Positions 1 through 15,700 of a stretch of 64,000 bases of DNA are shown here, one piece after another. The notes under the pieces were generated by a model that saw only the letters and a list, made by a program, of their open reading frames with translations, searched no databases and was not told the DNA's origin. The DNA comes from Trichoplax adhaerens (taxonomy: Eukaryota > Animalia > Placozoa): positions 5,103,454 to 5,167,453 of the forward strand of contig NW_002060946.1 in assembly GCF_000150275.1 (NCBI RefSeq). Reading direction: 5' to 3'. Both the position numbers and the translations under genes were made by a program. Numbering within the stretch: position 1 is the first letter of the stretch; the number at the start of each line of letters is the position of its first letter.

Positions 1-917
1 GGCTCGAAAAAAACAGAAATTAGTTCTTGACATTATTAGCTCTTGACTGATCTTGAATCATCTCACGAAGAAATATTAAAAACTATTGTTATGAATCTAG
101 ATAATATATGATGATACCCTTAATACTGACTAGATAGAGAAGAAGTCTACTAAAAAATCTACTTTCGTGTAAATATAACATTCTTCAGCTACTGCTAATA
201 AAAGCAAGAAATCAGATGTTGAGATCATCTGTATTTGATCAATTATCATGTGCTCAACCGCCCAAAAATGTTTTCTTCCTACCATGATTAACATTATTAA
301 TCCTGTAGCTGCCTTGTGATTGATTGGGCTGGTTATAAAATTTTTAATATTTACTTTGAGGTGCATAATTTGCGCCCAAAAAATGAAACCATGGATAAAG
401 TAAAAACTAAAATATACGACAAGTTCATGATAATTGTAAATGGTAGTAATTATTAACAGCCGATTCACTATAAAATGGGATAGCTTATATTTTATGCCAG
501 CTAGAAGATTCAGCAGATATGGATAGTGAACTAAGGTTATCCTTACTATGTTCTTTATTCTTTGATTAGTTTACGCTAAATAGAGTTATAATAGTAACAG
601 AACATTGAGCGCTAATTTAAAATTATCAGTTTCTTTTTGTCAATTACGGATGGATCATTTTTAATCACTTTAATTAATATTAGATACCAAGAGTAACATA
701 ATGTTTATGTGAGATGTTAACTTAGAAGAAGATTATAAAGCTGGTGTCTGAAGTATTTCGCTTAAGTTACTCCAATAAATTAACCGAGTGGCAAAGCTCT
801 ATAGTTACTACTAAGAGGAGATGATATCCAATTGAAATCATCGAGAATTGTTTTTAATCAAAATAATTACAATAGTAGAGGCAAAGCCTACCAGTATCAA
901 TTGAGAATAAAGTAAAG

Positions 918-1500
918 TTCTTAACTAAATAGATAATTTTAGACTATCTCTTCCTGCAATAACTTATTAGTCAACATAAAATAAAATAAATCATTAATGG
1001 TAACAAAAAATTGTTCATCTATACACTAAAGTATATAGTATATGAAGATAAATCTATCATACTCTATCGCTTTTATCTTCGTCATTAAATGAAGACTCTA
1101 ATGTAAGACTCTTAACTAAATTGATAATTTTAGACTATTTCTTCCTTTTATAGTCTATTAAACTATCAGCAACTGCTTATTAGCCAGTGTAAAGTATTCA
1201 TTTATAGCAACAAAAAATTGTTTACTTTTTTGCTAAGATATAGAATATATGGAAATAAATGTATCAAATTCTATCTTTATTTATCTACATTATTAAACAG
1301 AGCCTTGAAATTAAGGCTCTTAACCACATAGGTAATTTTGGACCATTTCTTCCTATAATAGCCTATTAAACTATCAGCAACTGGCTATTAGTCAGAATAA
1401 AATAAATCATTTATGGCTTTAAAATATTGCTCACTTATACAATAAAGTATAGAATATGTAAAGATAAATCTATCTGACTTTGTCGTTTTTATCTATGTCA
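918..1500. repeat. Degenerate tandem repeat, ~190-210 bp x3
   Basis: 'cttaactaaatagataattttagactat.tcttcct' variants recur near 920, 1110 and 1318 with collinear downstream sequence. Confidence 0.75.
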
Positions 1501-1863
1501 ATAAGTAGATTCAAATATGACATCCTTGCACAAGTAGCCCAATATTGATTCTCATTCGAAGTATAAATATGGTATCTATATGACTTAGCCGCTAGTATAT
1601 TCCATAACAGAGGTAAAATGGAACGGTTTTGGATATCATCAAGTTAATCTAATGCGCTTTTCATAACGGATTCGACAATTTTAAATTTTATTAGTTACAT
1701 TTACATCTGCTTTCGCTTTAACACAGTATAATGTACTCAACTATGTGAACTAGGATGTACCCTAACTACTTTTTAAATTCCTTTTATCCAACATTAATAT
1801 GAAATATACTGAAGCTTCCTCTAATTCATATGACACTAGTATCCATCACTTTTGAACCTTATT

Positions 1864-2345
1864 GATTTAAGTTTTATATGGTAAACACTTAGTATCGGCA
1901 CTAAAATGGCAGTATCTCAAGTTGTAGAGACGGCATGAAAGGACTACGACAATAATCCAATCGATCTTCGATTTCGGTTACGTGAGTCTGTATTGAATTT
2001 TACTACAGTTTGCTTTGAAAAGCAGGGTATACTAGCTCTGCTGCTAGGATAAGAGTTGTTAATTAAATAAGAGAGAGATATTGTAAGTCTTTTTGATTTT
2101 AAGTTTTATATAGCAAACTCTTAGCATTGGCACTAAACAGCAGTTTCTTAAATTACAGAGACAACATGAAAGGACTACGATAATCCACTCAATCTTTTAA
2201 TTTCGATTATATGAGCCCATATTGGATCTTACTCTATTTCACTTAACCAAAGTAGAGAATATCTTAAATCTGACGCTAGAAATAAATTAGTTAATTTAAT
2301 AATAGAGATGGCATGGAGGGACTTTTAAGATCATCTAACTGATCT
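1864..2345. repeat. Degenerate tandem repeat, ~230 bp x2 plus a partial copy
   Basis: 'gatttaagttttatat...cactaaa...gagac.gcatgaaaggactacga' at ~1864 and ~2095, with a partial copy at ~2305. Confidence 0.75.
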
Positions 2346-5300
2346 TTTGGCGCTTAACATAGGCCCAACAATTTTATTCTATTTAAACTGATTGTGCTTG
2401 CGCTTTACTCAAGGACTGGGATGCTATAACACACTATAATGTGTACATTGTGAAATAACTACATAGGTCTTTCAAGTGGATCTGCAGATTCATTTACTTC
2501 TCCATAATCTAAAAACTTATTTTATTTTCAGTTATCTTTTAGCCATCGCTGGCAATAGATAACTAGATAGATATGAGCCTTATCTACATATAGGATTACT
2601 TTTCGTATGATAACGAACGACAAGATTCCCTTCAATAGAGTGCTGTAATTGAATTAAAAAATTCATTCTGAGCCAGCATGGTCGGCTTGTAAATCCATTT
2701 GTTGTTATCATCATCAATTTGATATCAATTTTTAATTGGATTTTATAATTTGTATTAAACCTTGAAGATATTGACCAGGATGTAAATTGCTATAAAACAA
2801 AATTATAACTCTTGCCCTTTGTTACCATGACATTGATAAGTAAGCTAAACAATAGCATCATTATATTACTATTTAAAATGAGAAAGATTTCTTTTAATCT
2901 TAAAATCCATCTGATGGCTTGGATAGCCACGATGAAAATACATTGAACTTCTATCATAAACTGAAATAAAAAAAGGACGAGAGAAGGAGAGTTTGCTTGA
3001 TTTCAATTCTTCTCAATTTTTGTTAAGCATTCTGTATGATCTGATTAGCATACAACTGAATAGGAAAGATCCAATTTTAACACTAGATGTAATTAGTAAC
3101 GCGCTATACCATCTGTTTATCGTATTAAAATATTTATTAGACAACAAAAATAATTTTAAATTATCTTTTGAATTATAACGAGTATCAACATTGCTAAGGA
3201 AAATAGAGAAGTATCAAGCTGTGAATCAAGATCCTTATTCAGAAACTGTAAAATTCATTAATGCTTTATAAAATATTAAAATCTTTAAACTTTCAACTCC
3301 TTGAAACTTGATAATCGGGTTAATAAAGTAATTAATTATGTCAGTGATGTAAAATTTTAGAACCGTCTTACATTAAAATAAAATTAAAATAGAGTTCGAT
3401 TTGATGGAATTTAGGAAATAAGCTTTTAGCTTAATGATTTACAGTTCCATAATGGCTAGTCAAATCGAAGTAGAAAATCAATACTGTAAACTTATAACCA
3501 ACGTTGATCGGTATCTCTATCATGTTAAAGACTTGAAATAACGGAAACTTTTCGAATTAAAATAAGGTTAGACTCAATACGGATAGTGATAGAGATTATA
3601 AAATACGTTCATAAAATAATCATTTACAATCGGTAATGCTCGCATCTCGGCCAGCTATCATCATCGTTTGTTTCTTTTCAATTGTAAGACGATTATTATT
3701 GAAATTGGATGTATGCGTAGATCGGTAATAAATATTATCCATCCTAATAGATCTATTATTAAAAGGAATTTTTCTACTCACTTCTTCCTTATATAATCTC
3801 TATACCTATTTATACTTTATTATTGAATGCTTATAAATTGATTAAACTATGATCGGATGGTTAAATCTTTCTATTTGTCATCACCTTAGCAAGTTATGGA
3901 ATCATCCAAAAGTGGCGAATATTATTATGTTTACGCCAGATGTTTGTAATCACAACGCTTTACACAAGCCGGTAGGAGCAATAGGATCTATTCTTTCCGA
4001 AATTAATTGTCTTATTATTCTCAATTTATTCATGAAAATAATTTCTTTATTTTTTCATCCACATGATTGTATTGTTTCATTGCCTGCTGTAAGAATTTTA
4101 CTTGAGAAATATTTATAATATATAACTGTAGAACATAACATGGTGATCATTATTACCACTTTTTCTATGCAATAATCAAGAATGGAAAGTAATTTTACCT
4201 ATAATCTTTTCTTTTACCTCTATAGTTTCGTTTTAAGCGATTAGTATAATTGGAAATGATATTATGATGGATATTATGATAAGAGAAAGTAAGCTGATGG
4301 TGCACTATTAACCTTAACTAAAATGATAAATACTTCTATTTTCTTCCTCCCTAATCTAGTGCATGGTTGGACGTCGTCAATAATTGATTTTACAATTTAA
4401 CAAGTTAAATAAGTTACTGGAATCGAAAGGCAAACATAATTTAGAAAGGCTTTGTTGACTGTAACCCATATTACATAATCATTAGTTTAGTCTTCCATTT
4501 ATTAATATTATCAAACATTAATATCATATAGGAAATATTCATTAAATTGATCGAGGCGATTCCTAAAGCAACTCTTTGACTATATCAATTCCAGTAGAAG
4601 GAATAAAATGATAACTTTCAAATGTACCTGATGTCGTAGACTAGCGCCAAGGTAGCTAAAATAGTATATCCGTATACCGTGGAAAAGGATCATCATATCG
4701 ATATAACCGATACGAATTCGCCAATACCAAGAAAATATAAGCATAGCTTTAAACCAGATTAAATCATGCAGTTTTTTCATCAACGAAACAACTGAAAAGT
4801 GATAAGCATTAGTTATTTATAATACCAGCTGCAGAATGTAAATTACTTGACAATATTTTTTATAATCCAACGATTTAATTACCAGTTAAATCATTCGTCT
4901 ATGACGAGCAAAATTGTGGGTACAATAATAATAATTTATTGATGCTGGTTATTAAATTCATCCTTTTAATTTGTCTATTAATTTCAGCGATCTTTTCGTT
5001 TGCTCATTTATATCTTGTAAGCTATTACGATTGATAGAAACATATCTTATCTCCATCCAATTACCACGTGATATCCTCATCAGAACAAGGAGAAACAAAT
5101 TGAAAATAACAAATTCGTGGAGTAGCATACACACATCAACATTCTAGTAGAAATAATTAAAAACCATGTTAACACAGTCTATACTCTGTATCTATATGGA
5201 AAAGAATTGCAATTAATATTTAACAGACTATCAGTTATATCGATGATTCAATAATATCGTCGGTATAAATATCCTCGATCAATTTCCTGACTTAATCTAT

Positions 5301-8300
5301 AAATAATAATCAAAAAGTAAATGGTATATAATACCACAATAAAACTCTTTGACAAAATCGAGTATTTGATTAATAAAATTTTGTAGATAATGAATATTTT
5401 GGATGTTAATTGATAAGTCTTATTGAAGTGGGGAATAAATTCCATGTTATTTTATTTCCAAACTCAAGAGTTAGGGCTGAAAATAGATACAGGTTCTAGT
5501 CCTACTGAGATTATTTTCTAATGAAGAATTATTAGTTCGTCTCTTTATCTTAAATGTTTACCGATGAAGAATTTCAATTAATATCACAGAAAAAAAAGTG
5601 GTTAAAGTATGCTGCGGTTTGCATCGCCATAGAATGAATTAATTCTTATATAGATTATTTTTTACTTCATTTATTCTTGCTTAGGTCATCTTGATTATTT
5701 GCTAGTTCATTACTACCCCGTGCATAACGTGAAATATGTTTTCAGAGCACGATATTGACTATCCGGTTAGAAATTAGATCACGCTTAGGTTTTTAATATT
5801 CTCTTTAATCATCGCAATTCAGGCCGCTTTCGACTGTATATGTAGAACTATATAATCTGTACTACTAAGATCCTGATGTCGTTTGCACTAATAAGAATTA
5901 AATTTTCCATGAATTTAATATTCTTTTCTAATAGTCATGCTTGTTTACATCATTAATCGCCTTGAATATGTTACTGGTATGCATAGAAAATGAACTATCA
6001 TATTCAAGGAACGCAGTTGCTTATTCTAATAAGAAATTGATAATTTCCTCAAGTTAATGTTGTCTACTCTGTCACCATTCTTGTTTATATTTTTATTTTA
6101 AAAATTTTTATCTGTAGAGGCAAAACTTGGTACTGGTTAATATGCTCCTCTCGCTGATTTTTGAGCACTTTTGCTAAGAAACTACTGTTGCTTACTGGAA
6201 TTAGTATAAAAATCTTAAATAGATCATATATTCAACCAGAAATTGGTAATTAAATTCTTTTACTATACTAATGCCATTAATAGACGGATTGATAGCAATT
6301 TTTAATTTTTCTATATTTAAAGCCAAGCACCTTTCGTACATTACAATTATTGAATCAAGATAGCGGCATGATTATTCGAGCGATAAAGATTAATAGAAGT
6401 GAATGAGATTGCTAAGAACCTTGCTATCAGTAGAATATCTTTAATAATTATAATTTGAAGCTTGTTTATAGTGTATCAAGGCGTATAAATATAACAAATA
6501 CATCTGAAATTGCATTAGAATACTTTAAACAGTACATCATAATCTATCAGTCAAAGGTTGATTTATAACATCATTACATGCGTTTCATTGAATGGTTCAA
6601 AGGCCGATAAAATTACTTCGCTTAGCTTCCGCTATAACAATCATATTTTATTCACGACAGTAAGTTATTTCATTTACGAAATATATTATTTACTGTATTA
6701 TATTAGCAGAGTAGCAAAGATGATGTTTTGATAGTGATACGATTATAATAAGCATACAAATTAAATGATATTCCATAAATTGAATATTGATCTTAAGCAA
6801 AAATTGGAATACTTTAGAACGATCAGTTAAAAGGATTAATCAAATTTAAAGGCGATAGAAGTAAAATTTAATATAGTTTAAAAGAAAGATAACCTAAAAA
6901 ATACTCTTAGCTAATTATTGATAAATAAATAAAAATAAATGCTTTGTATGTGTTAATATCAGTTGGAAAAGGAATAGCGTTTAAAATAAACTTGACTTTA
7001 ACACCTTGCGCAATAGATCAATGTTCATTATTCGACAACAATTAGGCTGTAGTATAAATATCTTTAGATTATTACACTGAAATAAGATTGTTATATTTAA
7101 TAGCTAATATGCACAGTATATTCCCAAAATGAAAATATATTTGTCTACTTTAATTTCATTAAATATTAATAATATGCAGGACTTGCCGATTGTTTCTGCT
7201 TTGTATTTTTGTCATACTTATAACATTTTTTTGGAAATGTAAAATATTTCTATCTTTGCTAACCATTCTATTATTAAAGACTGGTGTTTACTAGTTAAAT
7301 GATCATTATTTATCTGTGATTCGAGTAAATTTCACTAATATTTGATAAATGCCAAATGTCTCAATAACGGTATCGCATAAATACAAAAATGTGCTCAATA
7401 AATACTACCACGCCTGATTTAAAAACCTTTTCTGATATAAATCGTATAGCATATGACAATGCTTGATGTTTTCAATAATTGCCTAGACAATAACATGATG
7501 ATTACTTGTCTATTTATAACTATAATTGATATTTACTCTTTATTTTGGTCTTCTAATATTCTAGCTGTATGATACGTATTGTGATCTATATAATTCATTT
7601 TATTTTATTCTATATTATTTTAATATATTTAAGAAACGGGCAGATTTCGCTAACGATCATTTTTCTTGTTTGCATTAACCTAAATAAAAAGGTTTAGGGA
7701 TTCAAAATATCCAATTTCTGACCTACGCATGAATGTTCAACTATCTTTGTATCCTCTTTAATTACAACGGTAATTAACGTAGGTATCCAAGATAAATTTC
7801 CTTGAGGTCAGAAATAAGTCTTATTACATTTGATCATAGCTGAACGATCAATTTCCATTTTATTGCATATTCTAGTGTTTTATGCATGATAGAACTAATT
7901 GCATAAATAAATGATTTATATCGATGAACTGCTTTATTCTATAAACAGAATTGAAAGTGATAAATTATTAACAATACGGAAGCGAATAGATTATTCTCGA
8001 AATGTCACAGTCTAGTAGAATATTTGAACTTTACACTCGTAATTCTTGCCTTGATAAAGCATGATGGAACAAAAATTTGTTTGTTACAGGCTTAAAACAG
8101 AAGAAGTTGCTTACAAAGGATAAATTCGTAGTAGACCTTATAAATTTCATAACTTTGGATTTGATAGAAGCTTATGTAAGTCTAATAGAGGATGTTATAG
8201 GTTTTAATTCCTGTCTCGAGAGATCAAGTAAGAGAGAACGATGCTAATATACAGTATGTCAGATAGCGCAGGCCTAGATCTACGCGAATAGATTAATATG

Positions 8301-8750
8301 AGGTACCATGGATCAGTCAATAGCCTGAGAAAATTAGAAATATTAGCAGGCGGTTCTATAAACTGCAGAATTATATTTGACTGACATCTTGAAGCTATCA
8401 ATTTTAATTTTGCATTAAATACAAATTATTGATTTTATGACCTTGTAAAGGCTGATAAAGCTACAAATATGCAATCTTGTACTGTACAAGTAAATATTAT
8501 TAATATACTGTAAAATACAGTATGATCTCATAATAAGGTAATTGCTAAACTTTGTGAATTATCACGTTGATTTTACGCAATACTATGGATGATACATTTT
8601 ACTGGCATTATTCAGTCAAAAATGTGATACTTATTTTAAAGAAATTTCTGAAAATATAGTAATAGCAGCGAGCATTAAAGTATCGCTTGGAATATGACAC
8701 TGTAGGTGCCAGCCAATACATTTAAAGAATACTTTGCTTTATGCTAAATG

Positions 8751-9125
8751 GTACCTGATATGAGATGTTATTTTGCATAAGTACCGAAATGTATTATATT
8801 CTTATAATCGTTGCAAATAATTTTGAGAAATTCTATCCGATACATAAATATGATGCTAGGTAATTACTGCATATACGAAGCTAGCAAATTAGTATTGCAT
8901 CGCATATGCATTGTACCTGACGTGAGATGCTATTTTGTATAAGTAATATACTTTAGTTTAATAATCGTAGTAAATAATTTTGAGGTAGTCTATCCTGCAT
9001 ATACGTATAATGCTAAGTAGTTGCAGCATACACGAAGCTAGCAGATTATTACTGTACCGTACATGGCACCTGATATGAGATGCTGTTTTGCAGAAGTACC
9101 GAACGTGCATAGTACCTGATATGAG
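8751..9125. repeat. Degenerate tandem repeat (~155-165 bp x2 plus partials)
   Basis: 'gtacctgatatgagatg.tattttg.ataagta' variants at ~8751, 8913, 9066 and 9112. Confidence 0.75.
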
Positions 9126-9727
9126 CTACGACAATGGTTCTCTGATAGGGTTATGCGGTAAATTTTATCAAGCTTTAATCAGTAAACCAGAATAAATCAG
9201 CTGCTATTCTGCGCATTACAGTACACCAGGTACCAGCTAATTTATTGAATAGAAATAATTAAACTTCAAACCGTTACAAAGTTTAAATACCTATTTATAG
9301 GTTAAAAGTTTATTCAGTAATGTGGATATGAAGCTTGGAAAAAGCAGCTACGCCAGCTAAAATCAGGCATTGTTATTCTAAGTTGCGTCAAAATAACTGT
9401 TTTTTTCTTATTGTAGTTATCTAATCTGAAACGGCCAATTAATGTAAGGATCAAAAATGTAAAATTAATTCCTTAATGTTATATAAGATCTCTCTTATTC
9501 TATGCAAGTCTATGATGTACAAGTGCATATCACGGAATAGAAGTAAATTAGTTTTAAACATCTTATAACTCACAAAAATTTTATTATGAAAGAATCTTTA
9601 ACCTCTAATAGCTTAGGACTTAATATATCATTCGGGCTAAAGAATAGTATAGGCATATCAATATAGTCATTTTAAGCTTTTGAGGTATAATTTCTTGGCA
9701 CAGCCAGAAAAATATTTCAGCTTTCAA

Positions 9728-12700
9728 TTAGATAGCCATTGACAATCTTTGAACATCTGAGTAATCATTAGTGGTAGTTTCAATGCTTTGCGGGTATATT
9801 CGTCTGAATATAGGTGTACATAGAGCCCATAAAGGAACTGCAATAGCACTGATGACCATTATTATGATTGTAACTATGACCATCCAAGAAGGATAAGGCA
9901 CTGCACTAGTTCTGATCTGTAGCATTATCGGAAAATAAGGTTCAAATTATAGGTTACATATAAGAATTAAACGTATGAGATGGAGCTAAATTCATTCATG
10001 GTAAGAATATCGAGATAAATTTTAATACATTATATACAATCTAATTTCCATTTTGAATTTCTTACCGGCTTGCCAACCCAAGCATGATACTGGAATCTCG
10101 TATCAATGCCATAAGTTACAATTATGACCACTGATGTTAAAATTAAGATACACACACCAGCTAAAATAAGGCCAACAATTCTAAATGGTAAACGACCATC
10201 GTTGCTAGGCATAATTGTTCTTTCGGGATTGGCTCTTTTAAAGCAAAATTATTGTAGATAGATCGATAAGAGTAGTTAAGTGATTAAACGAGCAATAAAA
10301 ACAAGTATAATAAATTAGCGATGACATCTGGAAAAGATTTAGTAACAGGAAAGGCATAAATTATATGTGTAACATTTATATTTAATAGTGTAATAAATAT
10401 CTTCTCTTGAGCTTAACTATGCTTGCACGAGTATAAAAATAGAAGTATATCGATGATACCATTACTATAATGTATTCAATGGAATGCTTACTTAATTTCC
10501 GCTAGAATGCTAGTAGCTTAAAATAATTGTTATGATTATGCTAACCTGTGATACGAATCGTGGAAGGCAACAACGATACATTCGCTCATTGCAATCACCA
10601 GCAATGCCAAAGCTATAAAATGATTATCTGCAATTTCTAAATAATATCCACCAGATCTTTGGACAACGATTAAGCCAATTGCAAAGAATAAGCTACAAAG
10701 TAAAGCTATAGAAGGTAATAGGATAAAGATTTTTATTAAAATAAATTAATCTTTTTAAAAATAACTGATTTTATATAATGCCATGCTTTACGACTAAAGA
10801 AATTGATAAATTTACAAATTGTTGATTAAGTAACGAAGGCAGTAAATTGCTGAGTAAGAGAAAAGTAATACAATTTTACGTCATTCTAATTTATAAAATT
10901 TCAATCTCATTTATTATTCACCATAGTGTAAAGATTACAGATTATAGTATGAAAGAACAGCAAAAAATATCGAATTATTCATCGGGAGTCTTAATTTGCA
11001 CCATAGCCAAAGATCAACTCTGAAGTCTTATTAAATTATTCAATGGAATAAATACGGTAATAATGTAAAAAATACTACGAAGATACATTCTCTTAAAAGG
11101 TTTCCTATCGATTCTGCAATTCTATCCGTAAATTTAAAATTGCTATAGTGCTAAATATCAGTGGTAGGTCATAAATGTATTTACTCAATGCAATGAAATA
11201 TCAAATTATTTATCGATTGCCTTAATTTGCACCTTGGCTCAGATCTAAAAGCCTTAGTGGACTGCTCAATAGTAATAATGTAAAACTATTCCGAACCTAC
11301 ATCTTCCGAAAAGGCTTTCTATCGATTTTGCAATTATATCTATCTAAAAATTTTGTAATTGCTATAGTGCAAGTCTGTAAACCTTATTAGATTCTTCAAT
11401 AGAATAAATAGTAATAGTGCAAAAGTACTACGAAGATACAGCTTTTGAGAAACTTCCTACCAATTTTCCAATTCTATCTAGAAATTTTTTGATAGCTGTC
11501 GTATTGCATAACAGGGACAGGTAATAACTGCATATGCTTAATGAAGCGACGTGAGGTATCGTTACTTAGCATAGCACTAACACGAAACGGATAAAGTAAA
11601 TCACCATACCTAGCACAATTTGTCTCGGCCACCTACTAAAGAAGCGAGTATCGCGAATAGACGTGGAGACCACTTCTATAATTCCAAATAAACTATCGAT
11701 CCCCATCGTAAACAACATGAAGAAGAAGAGAGCAGACCAAACTTGGGCACCATGGAATTGTTGTAAAACTGTTGAAAATGCAATAAAGGCTAAGCCAGGA
11801 CCTTGTCCAAACTAAAATTATCATAAAAATCGTTCAATAGCATTGGATAAGTATCAGTGGGTAATAATCCAAATCAAAATGTAATAAACATAAGATCATC
11901 AGATTTTCATTGAATGCAAATCTCCTTAATAAATAATATTTATGGAAGAACGCAAGATATACTAACTCAGAAAATCACTATACATTTGAGTTACGTAACC
12001 TTGCATCATTGTAGGTATTTTTTTACTTTATTTTAAGATATTTTATGAAGCTTTCTTTACTAGCATTAAAGTTTTCTGTTTCTGCTAGATCACAAGATCT
12101 TCATAATTGTATTCTATTAAATCACTTGAATTTAAAAACTAAAAATCACCTAGGGACTATAAATATTGAGCTCGAAAATGTTATTATGCTTATAGGGTTA
12201 GCTATTGATCAAAATTTTCATATCAATTACGTGCTACATTATCGAAGGTAATTTAGCTTTCATTGCAACACACATTGATCGACAGAATAATAGATAGTAA
12301 GTTACGTATGGTTAATCATTTGCCGCAAGAAAAATATTGCTATTCAATTTAGCCTATTTCATGGCAATATACGAACATACATTAAGCCGATAAATAAAAA
12401 TAAATTTCCTAAGGTATATGAATATAATAAAGAATTTCATGTATTCAAGATATAGATTATGATATAATTGGAAATAAAAGCTTATTGCCTTGTGACATTG
12501 GCAGATGAAAGTAGCTTATTTATTTACACTGAAAGACTGGCAGTATCTTGGGGGTTGCAGGTATTTTATTTTCACTTACGCTAAGTAGGATTTTTCTCAT
12601 GCTACAAGATCCATATTCTGTGCCGTTAAACGTTGCAGGATTGACCGAAGCCGTTTTCAAACACTGATTAAAGATCTGGGTTGCCGAAGACCCGAGAATA

Positions 12701-15700
12701 CTAAAGACTACTGTAGCGGCTAGTAGAGATGTTAGAGCATTAATAAGGACCACACTAACTGCATATCTAGCAGTTTTCATTTGCGGCGGGTTATAACTGC
12801 CTAAGGCGATATAAGCACCGAAACCGCCCCCTAGTGAGTAGAAAATTTGCGCCGCTGCGTCTTTCCAAACGTAAGGATTACGGAGAGCAGTTATCTAAAA
12901 ATGGCGTCAAATAGGATTCATTTTTAGGCAAGCTTTTCTTAATTTATGGAATACACGCTACAGAAAGAGCTATCAAAATTTCTATAATGACTCACATTAG
13001 GCCTAATAAGTTCTGCTAAGCCATTCTCATGGCCAGGCAACGTCATACCACGGACCAAGAAAGCAATTAAAAAGACATACGGAAGTGTTGCAGTAACATA
13101 CACTACCTATCGAAAATTAAAGACAAATCATGAGACAACAAGAAGCGCATGAAAAAGGTGCAGTACAAAAATGAATCATTTGAAATTCTCATTTTCGTTA
13201 ACTAAATTAAAATCCTAAATTTCTATATATTTGTATCTACGCTATAACTTGCAAATAATATGCATTAGTGCTTATGCTCATTTTTCAGTCGTAACATTGG
13301 TGAACCTTGATTTGATCACGTTTACAGAAATAAAGATTAAAAAACATGATCCTATTGGTAGCTAGGGACTTCTAAGAGTAATTCCTCGCAGAAGCCTCTA
13401 TGACTTACGCTATCCTACTTTACTGAATTATATAACGAAGAAGAATATCGCAATCAAGAACGAAGAAAAGGATAAAACTACGTTTGTTTTAGAAGGATTA
13501 ATAGCACTTTTATATCAGCCCTCTATGCTCTCTATCTACGCTATAATTTGCAGATAAGTACATTCCAGTTGTAACATTTACAAACCTTGACTTGATCTTA
13601 TTTACAGAAATATAAAATATGGGGCATTATCGTAGCGCTTTTTTGCTGTCCAAAAATAGTTTGAAAAATGACAGTTAACGTGATTTTATTCTGTGAATTG
13701 ATACTAGACCATTATTTGTCACTAGTATTCTTTTTGATAGCTTACACTATCCTACTTTTATTGATATATTTGACGAAGCAGGACATTGCAGTCAACAACC
13801 GAAAGAATAAAAGTCTCTATACTTTAGAACGATTAATAACATTTACGTCTGCTCTCCAGCTATATAGCAAACTAAATAACTTAAGTAAATCCAATAAAAT
13901 ATATTGCCGTGATAAATTTATCACTATCGAACGTTTGCAATATTGCTACTTCTCCATCTTATCCTACGGTAAACGTTCTCAAAAGGTAAGTATAATCATA
14001 ATAAATTCTCATTTTTAGCACATGCTATCGTCCTAGCGATAGATCCATACATCTACAGTTTTTATTAATTCATCTAGGTGATTACTAAATTATGAATAAT
14101 TTTAGCAGCCATAGTTGATGAACTAAGCTATAGACTTCTGAATGCATCATAAGGTAGTGAATAATCAAAGTTTGAACATTCATTTCAATTTCTTCCTTTA
14201 CATTTTTTTCAATCTAGCCATTTTTCGTATCATTTATTTCTCGTCGTTAAAGATTATTAAATAAGCACATTAATTTAGATTACCTTAATAAGTTTACGTT
14301 CGTATTCATAACGTTACCATTGCAAAAAGCATAAATCCGTACTATTAAATAACGGTCACTAAGTTGCTTTCGTGAAATGTCCTTAAGATATTACAGTAGC
14401 TGTTTTATGTCCTTCAACTAACTTAGAAAACCTACTGAGAGAAGACTGACTTCTCCTATAAAATAATACGACTGCTAATCAGCGTAAAACTAGCTTGCTT
14501 AATTAGCACTTTTGTTGATTGGACATACAGATATAAATAATCATAAATAACCACAACAAGTGCCTCTTTGTTGTCTACCGAAACTTCTAAACAGCAATTC
14601 CAACGAACTATAATTTATTAGCGTGTAACTTAGATATAAATTAGGAACATGGTTTCGTAATAATAAAATAGAAATATTTCCAAAGTAGTAAATTTATTCC
14701 TAGTTCTAATTGACGTCTGATAGCAATACTAAGATGTGGTATGTATAGTTTAATAAATGTTGAGGCATGAGATGGATCAAGGAATCGAGTTGCAGCTGCG
14801 TTGGAGCCGAAAAACTATATTTAATTTAAGAATAAAGTTATTCCTAATTATAGTTGGCGTTTAATATGAATACTAAGGCGAACTATTTATAACTATGGAC
14901 TACTAGCACAAAAATCTAGGTTCTCTTCTATTAGTCGATGTCATAATTTAAAATTTTTAATATACGAGATAGATCAAGAAATCGAATTGAAGCAATGTCG
15001 GAACAGAAAACTATTTTAAAGTTGAAAATAAATTATTCCTAGTTATAGCTGTCGTCAGATATGAATACTAAGATGTACTACGATAGCCATGGACTACTAG
15101 AAGAAAACCTAGGTTCTCTTCTAGCGGTTGATGGTATAGCTTAATAAATTTTAATGTATGAGATGGATCAAGAAATCGAACTGAAGCTGTGTTGGAACAG
15201 GAAAACTATTTCAACTTGAAAATAAATTATTCCTAGCTGTATTTGGAATACTAAGGCGTAGTAAAAGTATAGCTTAAGAAAATATTAATGGCTGAGAAGG
15301 GTCAAGAAATTGAATTGACACAGTGTTGGAACAGAAAAATGAATTTAAACTTGAAAAAAGTTTCTTCCTAATTATTGATAGCATTTGGTAGCAATATTAA
15401 AGTGTGTTACGCAGTTACAATGCGTAAGCTCGTTGTAATTATTGAGTAATATTAAATATCGTTTTTGTGAATTGACGTTTTATTAATTATCGTTTCTTCA
15501 TATAATTTATTTAGTCTTTGATTAATATGAAAATGCACTGAAGACCACTTTTTAGTTAGTTAGTTAGTTAGTCGCTTAGGTAGTCAACTAGTTTGTCAAT
15601 TGCTATTGAATTATCAAGACATCTTCAGTAATAAATAGTAGTAATTCTCTGACTACCTCGTCTACACTATCAGCGACGCTATAACTATACTATAGTATTT

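Noticed and set aside
5470-5510. tRNA-like 'ggttctagtcc' T-loop
   Set aside because: No acceptor or D stem and no cloverleaf.
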